DNA of 63,281 nt, counting the filler, from Globobulimina sp. (lineage: Eukaryota): assembly GCA_003354225.1 (NCBI GenBank). It is 35 parts of 35 records of this genome, joined end to end, with 100 filler letters (N's around TTAATTAATTAA, not from the genome) between each part and the next. Parts side by side here need not be neighbours in the genome. Positions count along the whole stretch, not along the records: positions 23,557 to 25,267 come from PIVH01012834.1; positions 25,368 to 27,078 come from PIVH01012835.1; positions 27,179 to 28,889 come from PIVH01012836.1; positions 28,990 to 30,700 come from PIVH01012837.1; positions 30,801 to 32,511 come from PIVH01012838.1; positions 32,612 to 34,322 come from PIVH01012839.1; positions 34,423 to 36,133 come from PIVH01012840.1; positions 36,234 to 37,944 come from PIVH01012841.1; 27 more parts are not named here. One strand, written 5' to 3'. Position 1 is the first letter of the stretch. The number at the start of each line of letters is the position of its first letter. Positions 24,705-36,360 of the stretch are shown piece by piece. Below the pieces are notes generated by a model. That model was not told the origin of the DNA and ran no database searches. It was given only the letters and a program-made list of their open reading frames with translations. The position numbers were made by a program, and so were the translations under genes.

Positions 24705-25267
24705 ATGTGTAGCACCTCACCACCAAATAAAAAACGCAAATTAAACACAGATACATTATCTCCGATATCTCGTGTAATACATTCAAAGGATAATTTTGAA
24801 GTTTTGGAATTACTGCCACCAAAATTGGATGATTTAAACCGTGTGATTTGGACAGTGCAAAAAAGTGAAATTAAAAAACAATATTTTAAAATCTCGCGCC
24901 AAGTTCATCCAGATCGGCATGTTGGAGATAAAAAACAGTCCAAACGTGCAGCAAATTCATTCGATATCGTACAGTCTTCATTTCAGACATTACATAATAA
25001 CATCACAAGGGAGCAATATGTGAATGAATTTGGGGAGAAATTAAAATATAAAATGTCAAAAACAAAGTTTGATTTGAATGAAAATGGAAATAAAAATAAA
25101 AATAAAGTAAAAATATTATCATTGGATGAGCAGACTCAAGAACTGGAAAAATCGCAACTAAAAAGATTAAAACGTAAACAATTAATGGAAAAAGAACTAA
25201 ATGAATATCACGGAACAGTAATGAATGAATTTAATCAACGGAGGAAGTGCAGTGAAATGAAACGAAT
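24705..25267 (+). CDS. J-domain (DnaJ) protein, 3' truncated
   Basis: FEVLEL...IKKQYFKISRQVHPDR...SFDIVQSSFQTL with intact HPD motif. Confidence 0.9.
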
Positions 25268-25547
25268 NNNNNNNNNNNNNNNNNNNNNNNNNNNNNNNNN
25301 NNNNNNNNNNNTTAATTAATTAANNNNNNNNNNNNNNNNNNNNNNNNNNNNNNNNNNNNNNNNNNNNAAATATAGAAAATATTCATTAAATCTGGTTGGT
25401 CAACAGAATATATATTTATTATTAATACGTCATCTGTAGTCAGTTCACTGAAACTAGATTACATACATGGGAAATGTGCAAAAATTTACAAAGGGCCCTT
25501 TGGATCATAGTCTTTGGATAACAGCCTCTTTAATGGGCAGCTCTTGC

Positions 25548-25640
25548 TTATACACATGATTTATATGATTTATACACATGATTTATGTGATTTATGCCTA
25601 TGATTAATACATAAGATTCATATAGGTCACACATATATAA
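25548..25640. repeat. Degenerate tandem repeat (TATACACATGATT / TATATGATT units)
   Basis: Visible short tandem units in non-coding sequence. Confidence 0.55.
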
Positions 25641-26322
25641 ATCATTCCTAGGCGGAGCAGGCGCCACCAATCTGGCCTCCCTAGATATTATCTAACTATC
25701 CTGTGCATATTCATACTTTTTTTCTTTGTTTTTATTTTTGTTTTAATGGCCTCAATTTAGCGGTTTTAATCGGAAAAACAGATGAAAATTTCACGAAACA
25801 AGGAGTAAAGTCTGGTTTAAAAATGCAAGTTTTCATATTAAAAGTTTCAACGAATATCGTTTAGTTATTGGTGAAAGCAATGGAAATTATTAGCATTACT
25901 ACTACTGTATATTTACTTAATTCACAAACACAAGCAAAAAGAGAAAAAAAATGAAGAAAAAAGAAGTTAAGAAAAAAGAAGTAAAAAAATAATCGGACAA
26001 TGCAAACAAAAACAGAAAGAAACAAATACAGATTTTAACAAACGATGATTTGATAACAAAACAAAAAGCAATCAAAATACATTCGTTTGTAAATAACAAC
26101 ACAAAATACACGCCATCGGTAATGACATATATAACATATACAAAATATTCTGCGGCAATTCTCCTAAAACAAAGTTGTAATCGGCTGGATATACACACTC
26201 TTTTTACGAGAATTCGCAACATATTTTATATTGCATACATGTCAAAAACATATTTATTGCAACTTACACTTAGTTATTACGAAAACAATAAAAACAGAGC
26301 ATATAAAAAAAACGGCATGCTT

Positions 26323-27003
26323 TTATTGGCAAATATCAATATCCGGGAAATCAGCAACCGATATTTCGATAGAAACATCCGTTTGTATACCTTCTTCACC
26401 TTGGAATTGCCCAACTGGATAATAGGCACAATCCAAATCGCCACCATCACCATAAACGCTCCGTGTTCGCACTCTCATAAATTCGCCACGCTTCGCATAA
26501 TATTGAGAGGATTCCGAGTTTGTGTTGAAATTCAACGCATCCATCACAATGACATTGTCAATTGCTGTTATATTTTGTGTCAAAATGGTTACGCGAATAA
26601 AGCCAATTAAGTCAAGGTTACAATCACCACACTTACACTCAATGAATGAACTATTAATTTTAATGGATTCCATTTCGAATCGCACACATTTATCATAGAT
26701 ATTATTTAATACCATCAAATTGGATGAAATGTATTTCGCCATATTCTGCGCATAACTGTCTTTCAACGGTTTTAGTGATTTTGATGTAAAATAAAGGATA
26801 ATAATCCCGATCAATGTCATAACATAGCTGCCAATGATAATAATTATGGCGGGGGTTGATAGCATTTTGTATGTGCCGTTCCAAACATATATGATGGACT
26901 TATCGGTGCCGGTGGCGGTTAAGAATATGCACATAAATAATAAGAACAGGCAAATAATAATGCTTGCCATGGATATGCAAAATGGAGGAGAACAAATTAT
27001 CAT
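26323..27003 (-). CDS. Hypothetical membrane protein, C-terminal part
   Basis: Two hydrophobic helices then a soluble domain; probably extends upstream. Confidence 0.55.
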   Translation of the reverse strand: MIICSPPFCISMASIIICLFLLFMCIFLTATGTDKSIIYVWNGTYKMLSTPAIIIIIGSYVMTLIGIIILYFTSKSLKPLKDSYAQNMAKYISSNLMVLNNIYDKCVRFEMESIKINSSFIECKCGDCNLDLIGFIRVTILTQNITAIDNVIVMDALNFNTNSESSQYYAKRGEFMRVRTRSVYGDGGDLDCAYYPVGQFQGEEGIQTDVSIEISVADFPDIDICQ

Positions 27004-27438
27004 GGCACAGATTTTAAGTCCATAAATAGAATTATAAGCTGATTTCCATGATGTATAATTAATGTCATTTTTATATGCNNNNNNNNNNNNNNNNNNNNNN
27101 NNNNNNNNNNNNNNNNNNNNNNTTAATTAATTAANNNNNNNNNNNNNNNNNNNNNNNNNNNNNNNNNNNNNNNNNNNNCATGGTCTATCGATGACAGTTT
27201 ACCAAGAAGTGACAGGCATTTATCAAGAAACAGAAGAAACGGCAGTCATTTATCATTTGGACAAATTAGAGGGTTAATCAAATTACATAATTATTATTTT
27301 GTTAACAAAGATGCACATGGCCGAAACAGAAGATTACCACGACAAGAATCAGATAAAAGATGGGCAAGTTACAAAAGGCAAGTATTTCAAGAATATGGTA
27401 AAGTACTTAAAGGTACATTAAGCAGTGAGAAAGCATTT

Positions 27439-28272
27439 GTGAAAAGATACAGTGATCCATTAGCATTTATCAAATATCGATTAAAGCGATCAGATAATTT
27501 AAAGGTTGAAGATTTATCTCAATCAGATCGAAATTATTATTTTGAAATTGGTGGTGTTGCAAATATCAATGAATTATTAAAACAACAAGCAAATATTGAT
27601 GGTGTAGACAAAGCATTGTATCAATCACATAAAAGACGACGACTCAATCCATCAGAGGCACAAATGCCAATGTTATCAAATGTTTCATTAACTGAGACAA
27701 CCAACAATGAGGAAAAGGTTTCATCAGATTACATACATAATATTTCTGGTGTTTCAGTGCAACCAGATGTCAAACCTATAATACCAAAAAATACTGGTTT
27801 TGGTCCAGCATTGAAGAAATTAGACCAAAATCTTACATTGTATGAACGAGAACAATTAGAGAAGAAAAAAATTGAAATTAAATCTTTATTCCAAGAAAAA
27901 TGTGATGTGATTAGGGACAATTTTGGTGAAACTATCAGAAAGTATCCAGAGTTAATTGGTTTCATTCCATTTTGTTCCTCAGAAGAACAAGGTTCAAATG
28001 CATTCGAGTTGTGGTTGCATCAACATTGTGATAAAATTATTTCTAAAGTTAAAGACAGAAACATGTTAATCGCTCAAATTAGTAGCTTACGATCAGATAA
28101 TCTTGACTGGGCAAATTTCATTCAGGGGTGGAAATTAAACAGAATTTTTTGGAAAGATAATTTTGATGTTGTTTGGAAGTGGGTAGTTCATGAATTAAAT
28201 GTTGAAGAAATAAATGATAAAGCAGAGCAAGATGATGATGAAGATAATGATATAGATTTAAGCATATTATAA
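27439..28272 (+). CDS. Hypothetical nuclear protein (frame is open further upstream)
   Basis: 277-aa ORF with NLS-like HKRRRL; same frame open from about 27310. Confidence 0.6.
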   Translation: MKRYSDPLAFIKYRLKRSDNLKVEDLSQSDRNYYFEIGGVANINELLKQQANIDGVDKALYQSHKRRRLNPSEAQMPMLSNVSLTETTNNEEKVSSDYIHNISGVSVQPDVKPIIPKNTGFGPALKKLDQNLTLYEREQLEKKKIEIKSLFQEKCDVIRDNFGETIRKYPELIGFIPFCSSEEQGSNAFELWLHQHCDKIISKVKDRNMLIAQISSLRSDNLDWANFIQGWKLNRIFWKDNFDVVWKWVVHELNVEEINDKAEQDDDEDNDIDLSIL

Positions 28273-28989
28273 ACAAAAAACAAAACTTTAATATTTATTT
28301 AATTAATATATTTCATCTTAGGTTCCCTGTTCATTGATTCCCTGTTCATCACCATTTTTCCTTCAAATTTTTCATCTGCATTTTTCCTTCAAATATCACT
28401 CCAGCAAATCACAAGGCAAGTCAAGTCAAGGGAAACCAAATAAATAAATTATCTTAATATTACTCATTAAGATTGTGGAACAGAACTTGTTTATCTATAA
28501 TCTTTACACGTTCTAGAACAGAACTAAAAAAATAGAAATAATTGTGTTCTGTTCCAGAACCTCAAAGATTAATTATTATATTGAAATAAAAAAAATACAA
28601 TATATCTTTTAAAGTTTAATATATCGAAAAAGTTTAGTACTTGATAAATTATATCTAAATAAAGTAAAATATATGATAAATGTAAATATCTCTAATGTTT
28701 AAAGAGGTTTTTAGAATACTGAAACAATTTAATGTCATTATTTCGTGTTGCATGGCGAAAATGAGTATGCATTAAAAATGGGTGACTGCTTTACTTTTAC
28801 CATGTCTACTACTGAATCGTCTGCAGGTCAAGAGGAATATGACAGCGATGGTTTACCAGTTAACGCATATGACGCTGCACCAATCGACTNNNNNNNNNNN
28901 NNNNNNNNNNNNNNNNNNNNNNNNNNNNNNNNNTTAATTAATTAANNNNNNNNNNNNNNNNNNNNNNNNNNNNNNNNNNNNNNNNNNNN

Positions 28990-30700
28990 AATTAAAGATA
29001 TTGTCATTGATATGTTACGATGGAATTATTATATCACGGAACGATCATATATTCAGAGTGCAAAAACGACATATTATGGATGTAAAATATGGCAAAAGAT
29101 TACCTCAATGTATTTAAAAAAGAATAATAAAATGTTTCAAGGACCAATCAGTAAAAACAAATTATATCTAAAATATTTTAAGAAGCAAAAAGATACAGAA
29201 TTAGGGATTGGTTTTTTAAGATTTGTGCCCAAAGGAAATGGTTCACTGCGACCAATTATTAATCAAAGCAGAAATTCAACAATTTTTGATAATATTTATA
29301 TTGCTCCAAATAAGAAATTAAATCAATTATTTTACATATTACGGCATCAGGTCAATAAATATAAAATTAATAATAAAAAACAAGATATTTTAGGCTGCTC
29401 AGTGTTTTGTGTTCGGGAATATTATCATAATTGGTTGCTATTTGTGAAAAAATATAAAAAAATGAAAACAAAAACGAAAATATATTGTGTCTCCGCAGAT
29501 TTATCCAAATGCTACGACCGGATAAACCAAGATGTATTGATGCAAATTGTGAGAAATAAATTATTATATAAAGAAAACTATCGATTATTGAAATATAATG
29601 CGATATTCCCGCAAGTCGGCAAAATATTTCAGAGATATAAATATGGCGTCGATTACGGACAAATACAAGACATTGCGAGAGATGGCGCCATGAATGGAAT
29701 AAATGGAGCATTTATAATATCAAATCAGGGATATCGGAAACTAATAAATAATGAAGATATATTGCAATTATTATTGAATCATATCAAACATACAATTGTT
29801 TACTTAAATGGCCAATATTACAAACATAATGTTGGCATATCACAAGGATCGGTCATCTCGCAATTATTGAATTGTGTTTACATTGGACAGTGCGAAAAGT
29901 TAATAATCAAAAAAATACTCGCAAGCAATCGCAGCAACAACAACACTGTTCGCTTAATGATGAGACATGTCGACGATTTTATATTTTTTACCACAAATAA
30001 AAAAGAAGCAATATTGTTTGCAGATATCTTACATTCCGGAATTGATGAATTTAATATATTGGCAAATTCAGACAAAACATGTACAAATTTTGTCTATGGC
30101 AATAAGTGCAATAATACTCCATGGATATCATGGTGTGGATTTTTATGGAATACAGAGACATTAAATGTGCGCGTCCATTATCGGGATCATACATTGAATT
30201 TGAAAGAAAACTTATTAACATATTCAATCAAGTCATCGAATGGGAAATTTATAATAAACAAACTAATAAAACTGATCAGACATAAAATAGAGCCGTTGTT
30301 ATTAGACGAAAATATTAATAGCAAAAGCAATTTAATCTATAATTTATATCAAACGTTTTATGTTTGCGGTGCGCGATTTGTAACCTGTGCTATAAATTTG
30401 CCATTTAAGAATGAGTACTTTTTATGGAATTGCTTAATGGAAATAATTAAATGTACATGGATTAGAATACAAATATCGAAGAAAAAAGCATCATTAAAGA
30501 CAGTTGATATGAAATTTTCTTTGAGATTTTATGAAATACAATATATTGCAGGAAGGGCCTATAAACATTCAATTATGACGAAATATCATTCATTGTTTTC
30601 AAGAATATTTCAGAAAAAATTAAATAAATTTATTTACATCAAATCAAAATGTATTAAATTCCGTAATAAGGATGAATTTCATAAATATACTGATTGTAAT
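28990..30700 (+). CDS. TERT: Telomerase reverse transcriptase (T motif, RT domain, CTE), truncated at both ends
   Basis: T motif YYITE...YYGCKIW; motif 1 LRFVPK; 2 LRPIIN; A ADLSKCYDRI; B' GISQGSVIS; C RHVDDF; E WCG; CTE LLLDENINS...NLYQTF...ARF. Confidence 0.95.
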
Positions 30701-30800
30701 NNNNNNNNNNNNNNNNNNNNNNNNNNNNNNNNNNNNNNNNNNNNTTAATTAATTAANNNNNNNNNNNNNNNNNNNNNNNNNNNNNNNNNNNNNNNNNNNN

Positions 30801-31464
30801 AAAACATCATCGAAACTTTCATTGTAAGTTTTTGCCACAAAAATTATTATATTTATCAAGATTGGATCAATTATTTTCTTCAAAAATACACAAATTATCA
30901 TGCGGAACCATTGATTATTTGTTTGTATTTGGTGCATTTGTGTTTAGTTCAAAATTTATGCCAATTACTATCTTATTATCGGTTTTTTTAGTCGATATCC
31001 CTGGCTTTATTTATTTATTGCTGTCCTGCACAATTACGGTTACATTGACTCAATTTGGTAAAAAATTGTTTGCGCGAAACAGGCCCGATCCAAAGGCGTT
31101 GGCTCCCAAAAAATTGGATTTTAGAACAAGACTAACAAACTATGCATTTCCCTCTGGCGATACCGCACAAGTTCAGTATTCTATTCGTATTCGTATTATT
31201 TGATAATACGCAAAATCGCATATTGTTACTAATATATAGGCCGCAGCATATTCGACTTCACTGTTCTGTTTAACACAAAATGTATGGATATTGTTACTAA
31301 TACCAAACTGTGCATGGAGTAGAGTATATTTTGGATGTCATTGGATTTGCGATTGTTTAATCGGAGCCATTGTTGGCTGTTTTATACCTTTATTTATATG
31401 GAGTATCATACCACAACAATCTTTTATTAACACACAACAAACTATCCTCCATTGGATACATTAA
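30801..31464 (+). CDS. PAP2-family membrane phosphatase, 5' truncated (intron 31171-31239)
   Basis: C1 KKLFARNRP, C2 FPSGD (usually PSGH), C3 SRVYFGCHWICD in the second exon. Confidence 0.9.
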
Positions 31465-31653
31465 ATTAAATTAACTTAAATTAAACTATTTGCTTTTTCT
31501 TTTTGTGCATGCACCGTTTGCTTTATTTACCTTCTTTTTTGTTGTGGATTGCTTTGCCTCTTCTTGCCTGCCAATAGGGCAAAATGCATACTTTATAAAC
31601 ACAAATGAAATCTACAAAAAAAAAGGAGGAAAAATTAAATGATACAGTCACAG

Positions 31654-32211
31654 TTACATTGGATACAATGTTCTCCCGTTACAATCAGGGATTTCATTCA
31701 TAGCAAATAAAATCCAATCAGTAAGCCACCATATTTGCCATGCACAACAGCCACAACTTGCGATAGCAGCACCAAGCACCGCACCGTTTGATAATCTATC
31801 AAAGAAACCAGCTGCTCCATCATCATCCCCTCCACTCGACTCCATCTCAGATATACCCAATGCGCCCGCTACACCACCCACAACGCACACAATTACACAA
31901 ACCAGCAATGGCAAACATAATTTTATTGCGGCCACGGCGTAATCGCCAACATAAAATCTGCCGCCTCCAACGCCACCCAAAAAAAAGGACAGTAAGAATG
32001 CAGTCAATTGTTCTTTGTCTGAATATTCACCACTTTCGACACTGTCGCTTTCCTCCTCTCCGTCAGTCTCATCATCGGTGTCATCATCGCCTCCCATCAT
32101 TTGTGATGAATATTCATTGTTTCTCTGCTCGTAATCATGTACCTTATAATCTTCATTCATAAATAAATCTTTTTCTTCTTCTTTTTCAAGTAATTCATCA
32201 TAATCAAACAC
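31654..32211 (-). CDS. TM2-domain membrane protein, last exon
   Basis: TAFLLSFFLGGVGGGRFYVG and WWLTDWIL, typical of the TM2 family. Confidence 0.88.
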   Translation of the reverse strand: MFDYDELLEKEEEKDLFMNEDYKVHDYEQRNNEYSSQMMGGDDDTDDETDGEEESDSVESGEYSDKEQLTAFLLSFFLGGVGGGRFYVGDYAVAAIKLCLPLLVCVIVCVVGGVAGALGISEMESSGGDDDGAAGFFDRLSNGAVLGAAIASCGCCAWQIWWLTDWILFAMNEIPDCNGRTLYPM

Positions 32212-32611
32212 CCGTTTTGCAGAATTATATTCATTGTTTCCTATTGTATAATTTTTAGTATTTATTTATTTTTTTGTCATTATATATAACATATACGTTT
32301 TCTATGTGATCGTTCCCGTTTAATCAAAGAATTATGGTTTTTACTATATACTGATCCATCACTTAATACTATAATAATTGCCAAAAAACAAAGAAATTTG
32401 CAAGCCATATTGCTTGCTTTTGACTGCTAAATGTTGCTTTGCTGGTTTTCACTCTGACAACAAAAACACCATACTTTTGATGTATGGTAGAAACCAAAAA
32501 AACAACCATGCNNNNNNNNNNNNNNNNNNNNNNNNNNNNNNNNNNNNNNNNNNNNTTAATTAATTAANNNNNNNNNNNNNNNNNNNNNNNNNNNNNNNNN
32601 NNNNNNNNNNN

Positions 32612-32915
32612 CATTAATCTCAGAGTATTGTCTCCATTTTTTACTGACTGCTTTTGTATGATATAAGCCACCAAATGATAAAATATATTGAATAATATCG
32701 GATGGGAATAGATCATGAATTGATGTTTGTGCATAATACAATTTTTTACAACAATTTAAATCTAATCCATCAATTTCTTGACTGATAAAATGTTTGATAT
32801 GAGTAAGAGGAATGACACGTAACATTGCGATTAAATCATTTATACAGTCAATCGATCCTACGCATTCTTGTAAGCAATTTTTGTAGAAAGAAAGACTATT
32901 AGGTCTGGCTTCCAT
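32612..32915 (-). CDS. F-box-like protein, 5' part
   Basis: SIHDLFPSDIIQYILSF...VSKKW. Confidence 0.6.
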
Positions 32916-33066
32916 TGTTCTTAAAGACGTGTTGAAGCTAAAAAAACTTTTAAAACATTCTAAAGTACTAGTGTTTAGTGTTCGAATGTATTAAACGACC
33001 CCCTGGTCGATAAGTTATATACATTTAATTCAATTATCTGAGAAACGCTTTGCAAATCCAGAAACT

Positions 33067-33362
33067 GTTTGCTATAGGTTTGTCTTGGGTTTGTTCTGTG
33101 TTTGTTATTACTTTGTCTTGGCTTTGCAAATCCAGAACAAATTTATAATTGAATTTTCGGTATACAAAGGGGGGGTTATCTTAGTATAGGATAGTTCCAA
33201 AAGATAACCCCCTGCTTGGATAACCAACCCCCTTTGTATACCGAAATCAAAAACATAAATCCGAATAGAAAATGTAAAACATCTGACTTTGTTCTCGATT
33301 TGCAAACCAAAGACAAAGTTATAACAAACACAGAACAAACCCAAGACAAACCTATAGCAAAC
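33067..33362. mobile_element. Nested-hairpin MITE-like element with 75-bp inverted arms
   Basis: 33067-33141 versus the reverse complement of 33288-33362: 4 mismatches; inner IR TTTCGGTATACAAAGGGGG / CCCCCTTTGTATACCGAAA. Confidence 0.75.
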
Positions 33363-33881
33363 TAGAACTATAGTTGATCCCAGGAGTAGTTACAATTCAT
33401 TGCAATTCATGACGTCACATCTGGCCTAGGCATCAATTCCAATTAAGTCATACTAGAATCGTGTGTTATTGAACTAGTGATCCAAAAAATGGATACATAA
33501 AAGTATGTATACAGCAAAACTGAACAACAATTTTCACAAAAAAATAAGAAATATATTAAAAAACAATAAGAAAAGATTAGCAATGTAAGAAACAAAATTG
33601 CATAATATATTAGTATTAATATACGAGAAACAATAATGGTCATTTTTGCTTTATCAGTTTTTTTCGTAGAAAATAGATTTTTACGATAAAGCAAAAAGCC
33701 CATTGATGAAAAAACAAAAAAAGAATAAGAAATAAATACGAAAAAAATGGGAAAATCTTCTTTTTGTACTTTTATAATTATAATAAATAGTAAACAAACA
33801 CAACAATTTTAATTGTGTAAATCTGTAAAAAAAAGAAATTCCTCTTTTCAGGTATTTCAATTTATTTTATATATATATATA

Positions 33882-34322
33882 TTACATGAAATAATTTTTT
33901 TTTCTTCCACAATTTCCGAATGTAGGCAATGAACTGGTTTTTAATGGCAATGTCAAAGGCGATAAATGTTGCAATTGCCGCTGAGTCGGAGTTGAATACC
34001 GATTTTGTAAAATTAACGGCGCAGCAAAACCGGCATTCTTTTTACCAGTTTTCCTCAAATTCTGTTTCTTTTTACCAGAAAGTAACTGTTTCTGCGCCAT
34101 TCCGCTGTCCAGAACTAATCCGGGCGCAATTTTATCAAACATTTGTTGTATACTTTGCGAGTTCACCGCCGTTGTCCGGATTATTCGCAGCGCGCTCTTT
34201 AACTCAACACGAGACTCTTTAAAAACATTCAGAAACTTAGCCGCAATGAATCGGACCACATGGTCTGGATCGGTCGCAATCAAATCCTCAGGAAAATCAT
34301 CAAAAGCCACAGTAATTGGCAC
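33882..34322 (-). CDS. Heterotrimeric G-protein alpha subunit, C-terminal fragment
   Basis: PITVAFDDF...RFIAAKFL...IIRTTAVNSQSIQQMFDKI resembles the G5 TxAxD and alpha5 region. Confidence 0.7.
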   Translation of the reverse strand: MPITVAFDDFPEDLIATDPDHVVRFIAAKFLNVFKESRVELKSALRIIRTTAVNSQSIQQMFDKIAPGLVLDSGMAQKQLLSGKKKQNLRKTGKKNAGFAAPLILQNRYSTPTQRQLQHLSPLTLPLKTSSLPTFGNCGRKKNYFM

Positions 34323-34422
34323 NNNNNNNNNNNNNNNNNNNNNNNNNNNNNNNNNNNNNNNNNNNNTTAATTAATTAANNNNNNNNNNNNNNNNNNNNNN
34401 NNNNNNNNNNNNNNNNNNNNNN

Positions 34423-35517
34423 TCAGTTTTTTATTTTTATCTTTGCACTCGCATTTGCAGAACGTTTTTCCCAAGGGTTACAGGGTCTTGACCCCACTAG
34501 GTTTAATAAACATTGCAATTTCCATTTAAATTCATTTATATCATACAAAAAACCAACAATATTCACACACAAATATTCAATCATATTAATATGCTCTGTA
34601 TGCCAGTTCCATGTATAATGTTTTGTAAAATAACACTTTCCATCGCAAGTTATTGATTGTTTCAAGTAAATATCATATAAAACAACAAATAAATCAAAAC
34701 ATTCCCCTTTGTTGGATTCGCTTGCTTTTAGCAATAAATGTTGATACATTTCAGTAATATATTCTGCAGTGCTGTGCATATAACATTTTTTGAAAATAAA
34801 TACTTTTGAGTTTTGACATAAAATGTTTGTATACCTTAAGTCAACAACATACGCAGCGTTAATATCTTCAGCAACGACTCTGGATTTATTAACTGTGATT
34901 ACTTCGCTATCACGGTTTTTAATTGTAATTTCGTCGTCGGATCCATCAATTGATTGAATACTAATTATTTCTCCACTGCTTTGTAATGATATGTTTGGAG
35001 GGCGATAGGTGACTTTATCACCTTTTTTGAAGTTAACAATTGGTATTAACGATGAATTCACATTAATATAAAACATGTCTGACCAATCACTTGTATATGT
35101 TGTGGTATCTATAAAATAACGTAGTCTACACTCAATTTTATAATTTGAAATGGATGATGGGACACGACACTTAAGTGTAGAGACACCATGGCGTTGTTTA
35201 ACAGTGTTAAGATTAAAATATATTTTATTTTCTTTAATTACCACATCGTTTTTACTTTGAATATTTTTGATAAATTTATTTGAAATTTGTCTTTGAAAAA
35301 TGAATGATTTAATATTTTTATGGCTATTGTTCCATAAAATATTATTGGTGTCATTTTTATCAAAAACATAATTATATTCCAATTCAAATTCAATAATCTC
35401 AGTAATATTTAGCATTTCAAAGAATAGTGGCGGCATCAACTCCCAATTATGGGTTATGATTATTTTAGCAATGCCATTTATTGCATCTTTTGATATAATG
35501 CTAAAATGCTTCTCCAT
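34423..35517 (-). CDS. Hypothetical protein with FN3-like strand and SH3/Tudor-like motif
   Basis: ECRLRY...SDWSD and FKKGDKVTY...GEIISI patterns; long open frame. Confidence 0.55.
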   Translation of the reverse strand: MEKHFSIISKDAINGIAKIIITHNWELMPPLFFEMLNITEIIEFELEYNYVFDKNDTNNILWNNSHKNIKSFIFQRQISNKFIKNIQSKNDVVIKENKIYFNLNTVKQRHGVSTLKCRVPSSISNYKIECRLRYFIDTTTYTSDWSDMFYINVNSSLIPIVNFKKGDKVTYRPPNISLQSSGEIISIQSIDGSDDEITIKNRDSEVITVNKSRVVAEDINAAYVVDLRYTNILCQNSKVFIFKKCYMHSTAEYITEMYQHLLLKASESNKGECFDLFVVLYDIYLKQSITCDGKCYFTKHYTWNWHTEHINMIEYLCVNIVGFLYDINEFKWKLQCLLNLVGSRPCNPWEKRSANASAKIKIKN

Positions 35518-35577
35518 TTGATACAAAGTTTGATGAAAATTCCTTTTTTTTCAGTCAAGAACTGAAACAATCAGATC

Positions 35578-36133
35578 ATGACAACCATCGAACAAATCCA
35601 TGCTGCAGCGAGTTCATTGTTATCCAAAAAATTAAAATCTTCCACAAAATTAAAAAACGAACTGCACCGTAATTTAAAAATTGTCAACAATCAAACGAAC
35701 GGTGAAATATACGACTTATGGAATGAATTAGAACAAATCTATGATAAACATAAGCAAAATAATAATATTTCCAACACAAATACCAACAAAAAAGCGCGTG
35801 GCACAAAGAGAAAGTATGAGAGTACCAACACCAACAAACACGAAAATAACGACACGCAGCCACCGAAAAAACGAAACAAAACATCACTGTCAGGCACAAG
35901 AACCAGTGCATCGTCCTCGATTTCATCATCTAACAAAACTATTAAACACCGCAAATTAACAATGCGTACCACCTCCAATGATATAATACAAAATGGAAAC
36001 AACAACAATAAAAATGAGCAAAACCATAGCCATAACGATGAGGATGATAACTATTTGTATCAAATGTTAAAAAACGTAGAAAAGGCAAAAGAATTAACAG
36101 ATACAAATATGAATATCCTTCAAAAATGCATAG
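35578..36133 (+). CDS. Hypothetical basic/Asn-rich protein, 3' truncated
   Basis: Open to the contig end; NLS-like TKRK and PPKKR. Confidence 0.6.
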
Positions 36134-36360
36134 NNNNNNNNNNNNNNNNNNNNNNNNNNNNNNNNNNNNNNNNNNNNTTAATTAATTAANNNNNNNNNNN
36201 NNNNNNNNNNNNNNNNNNNNNNNNNNNNNNNNNTTTGAGGTGAGGTAGAAAGTTTACTAGAAACACACAGAAACCCAAACCTAATTTGTTCTGCCACAAA
36301 TGCACAGAACAAAATGGCAGAACAAATATAACAGTTTTTTATATATATATTATATGGAAT

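Noticed and set aside
24642..24822. True overlapping genes (MFS and DnaJ ORFs overlap in the track)
   Set aside because: The overlap comes from upstream alternative starts; conserved-looking regions start at 24642 (-) and 24705 (+) and do not overlap.
26050..26610. 186-aa plus-strand ORF as a real gene
   Set aside because: Antisense to the 26323..27003 membrane-protein ORF and its AT-rich 3' region; no motif.
28990..30700. RT as a retron, group II intron, DGR or LINE enzyme
   Set aside because: The T motif, WCG motif E and C-terminal extension are TERT-specific; no endonuclease or maturase domain is seen.
28745..30937. TERT forming a system with neighbouring ORFs
   Set aside because: TERT fills its own contig; neighbours lie across artificial spacers.
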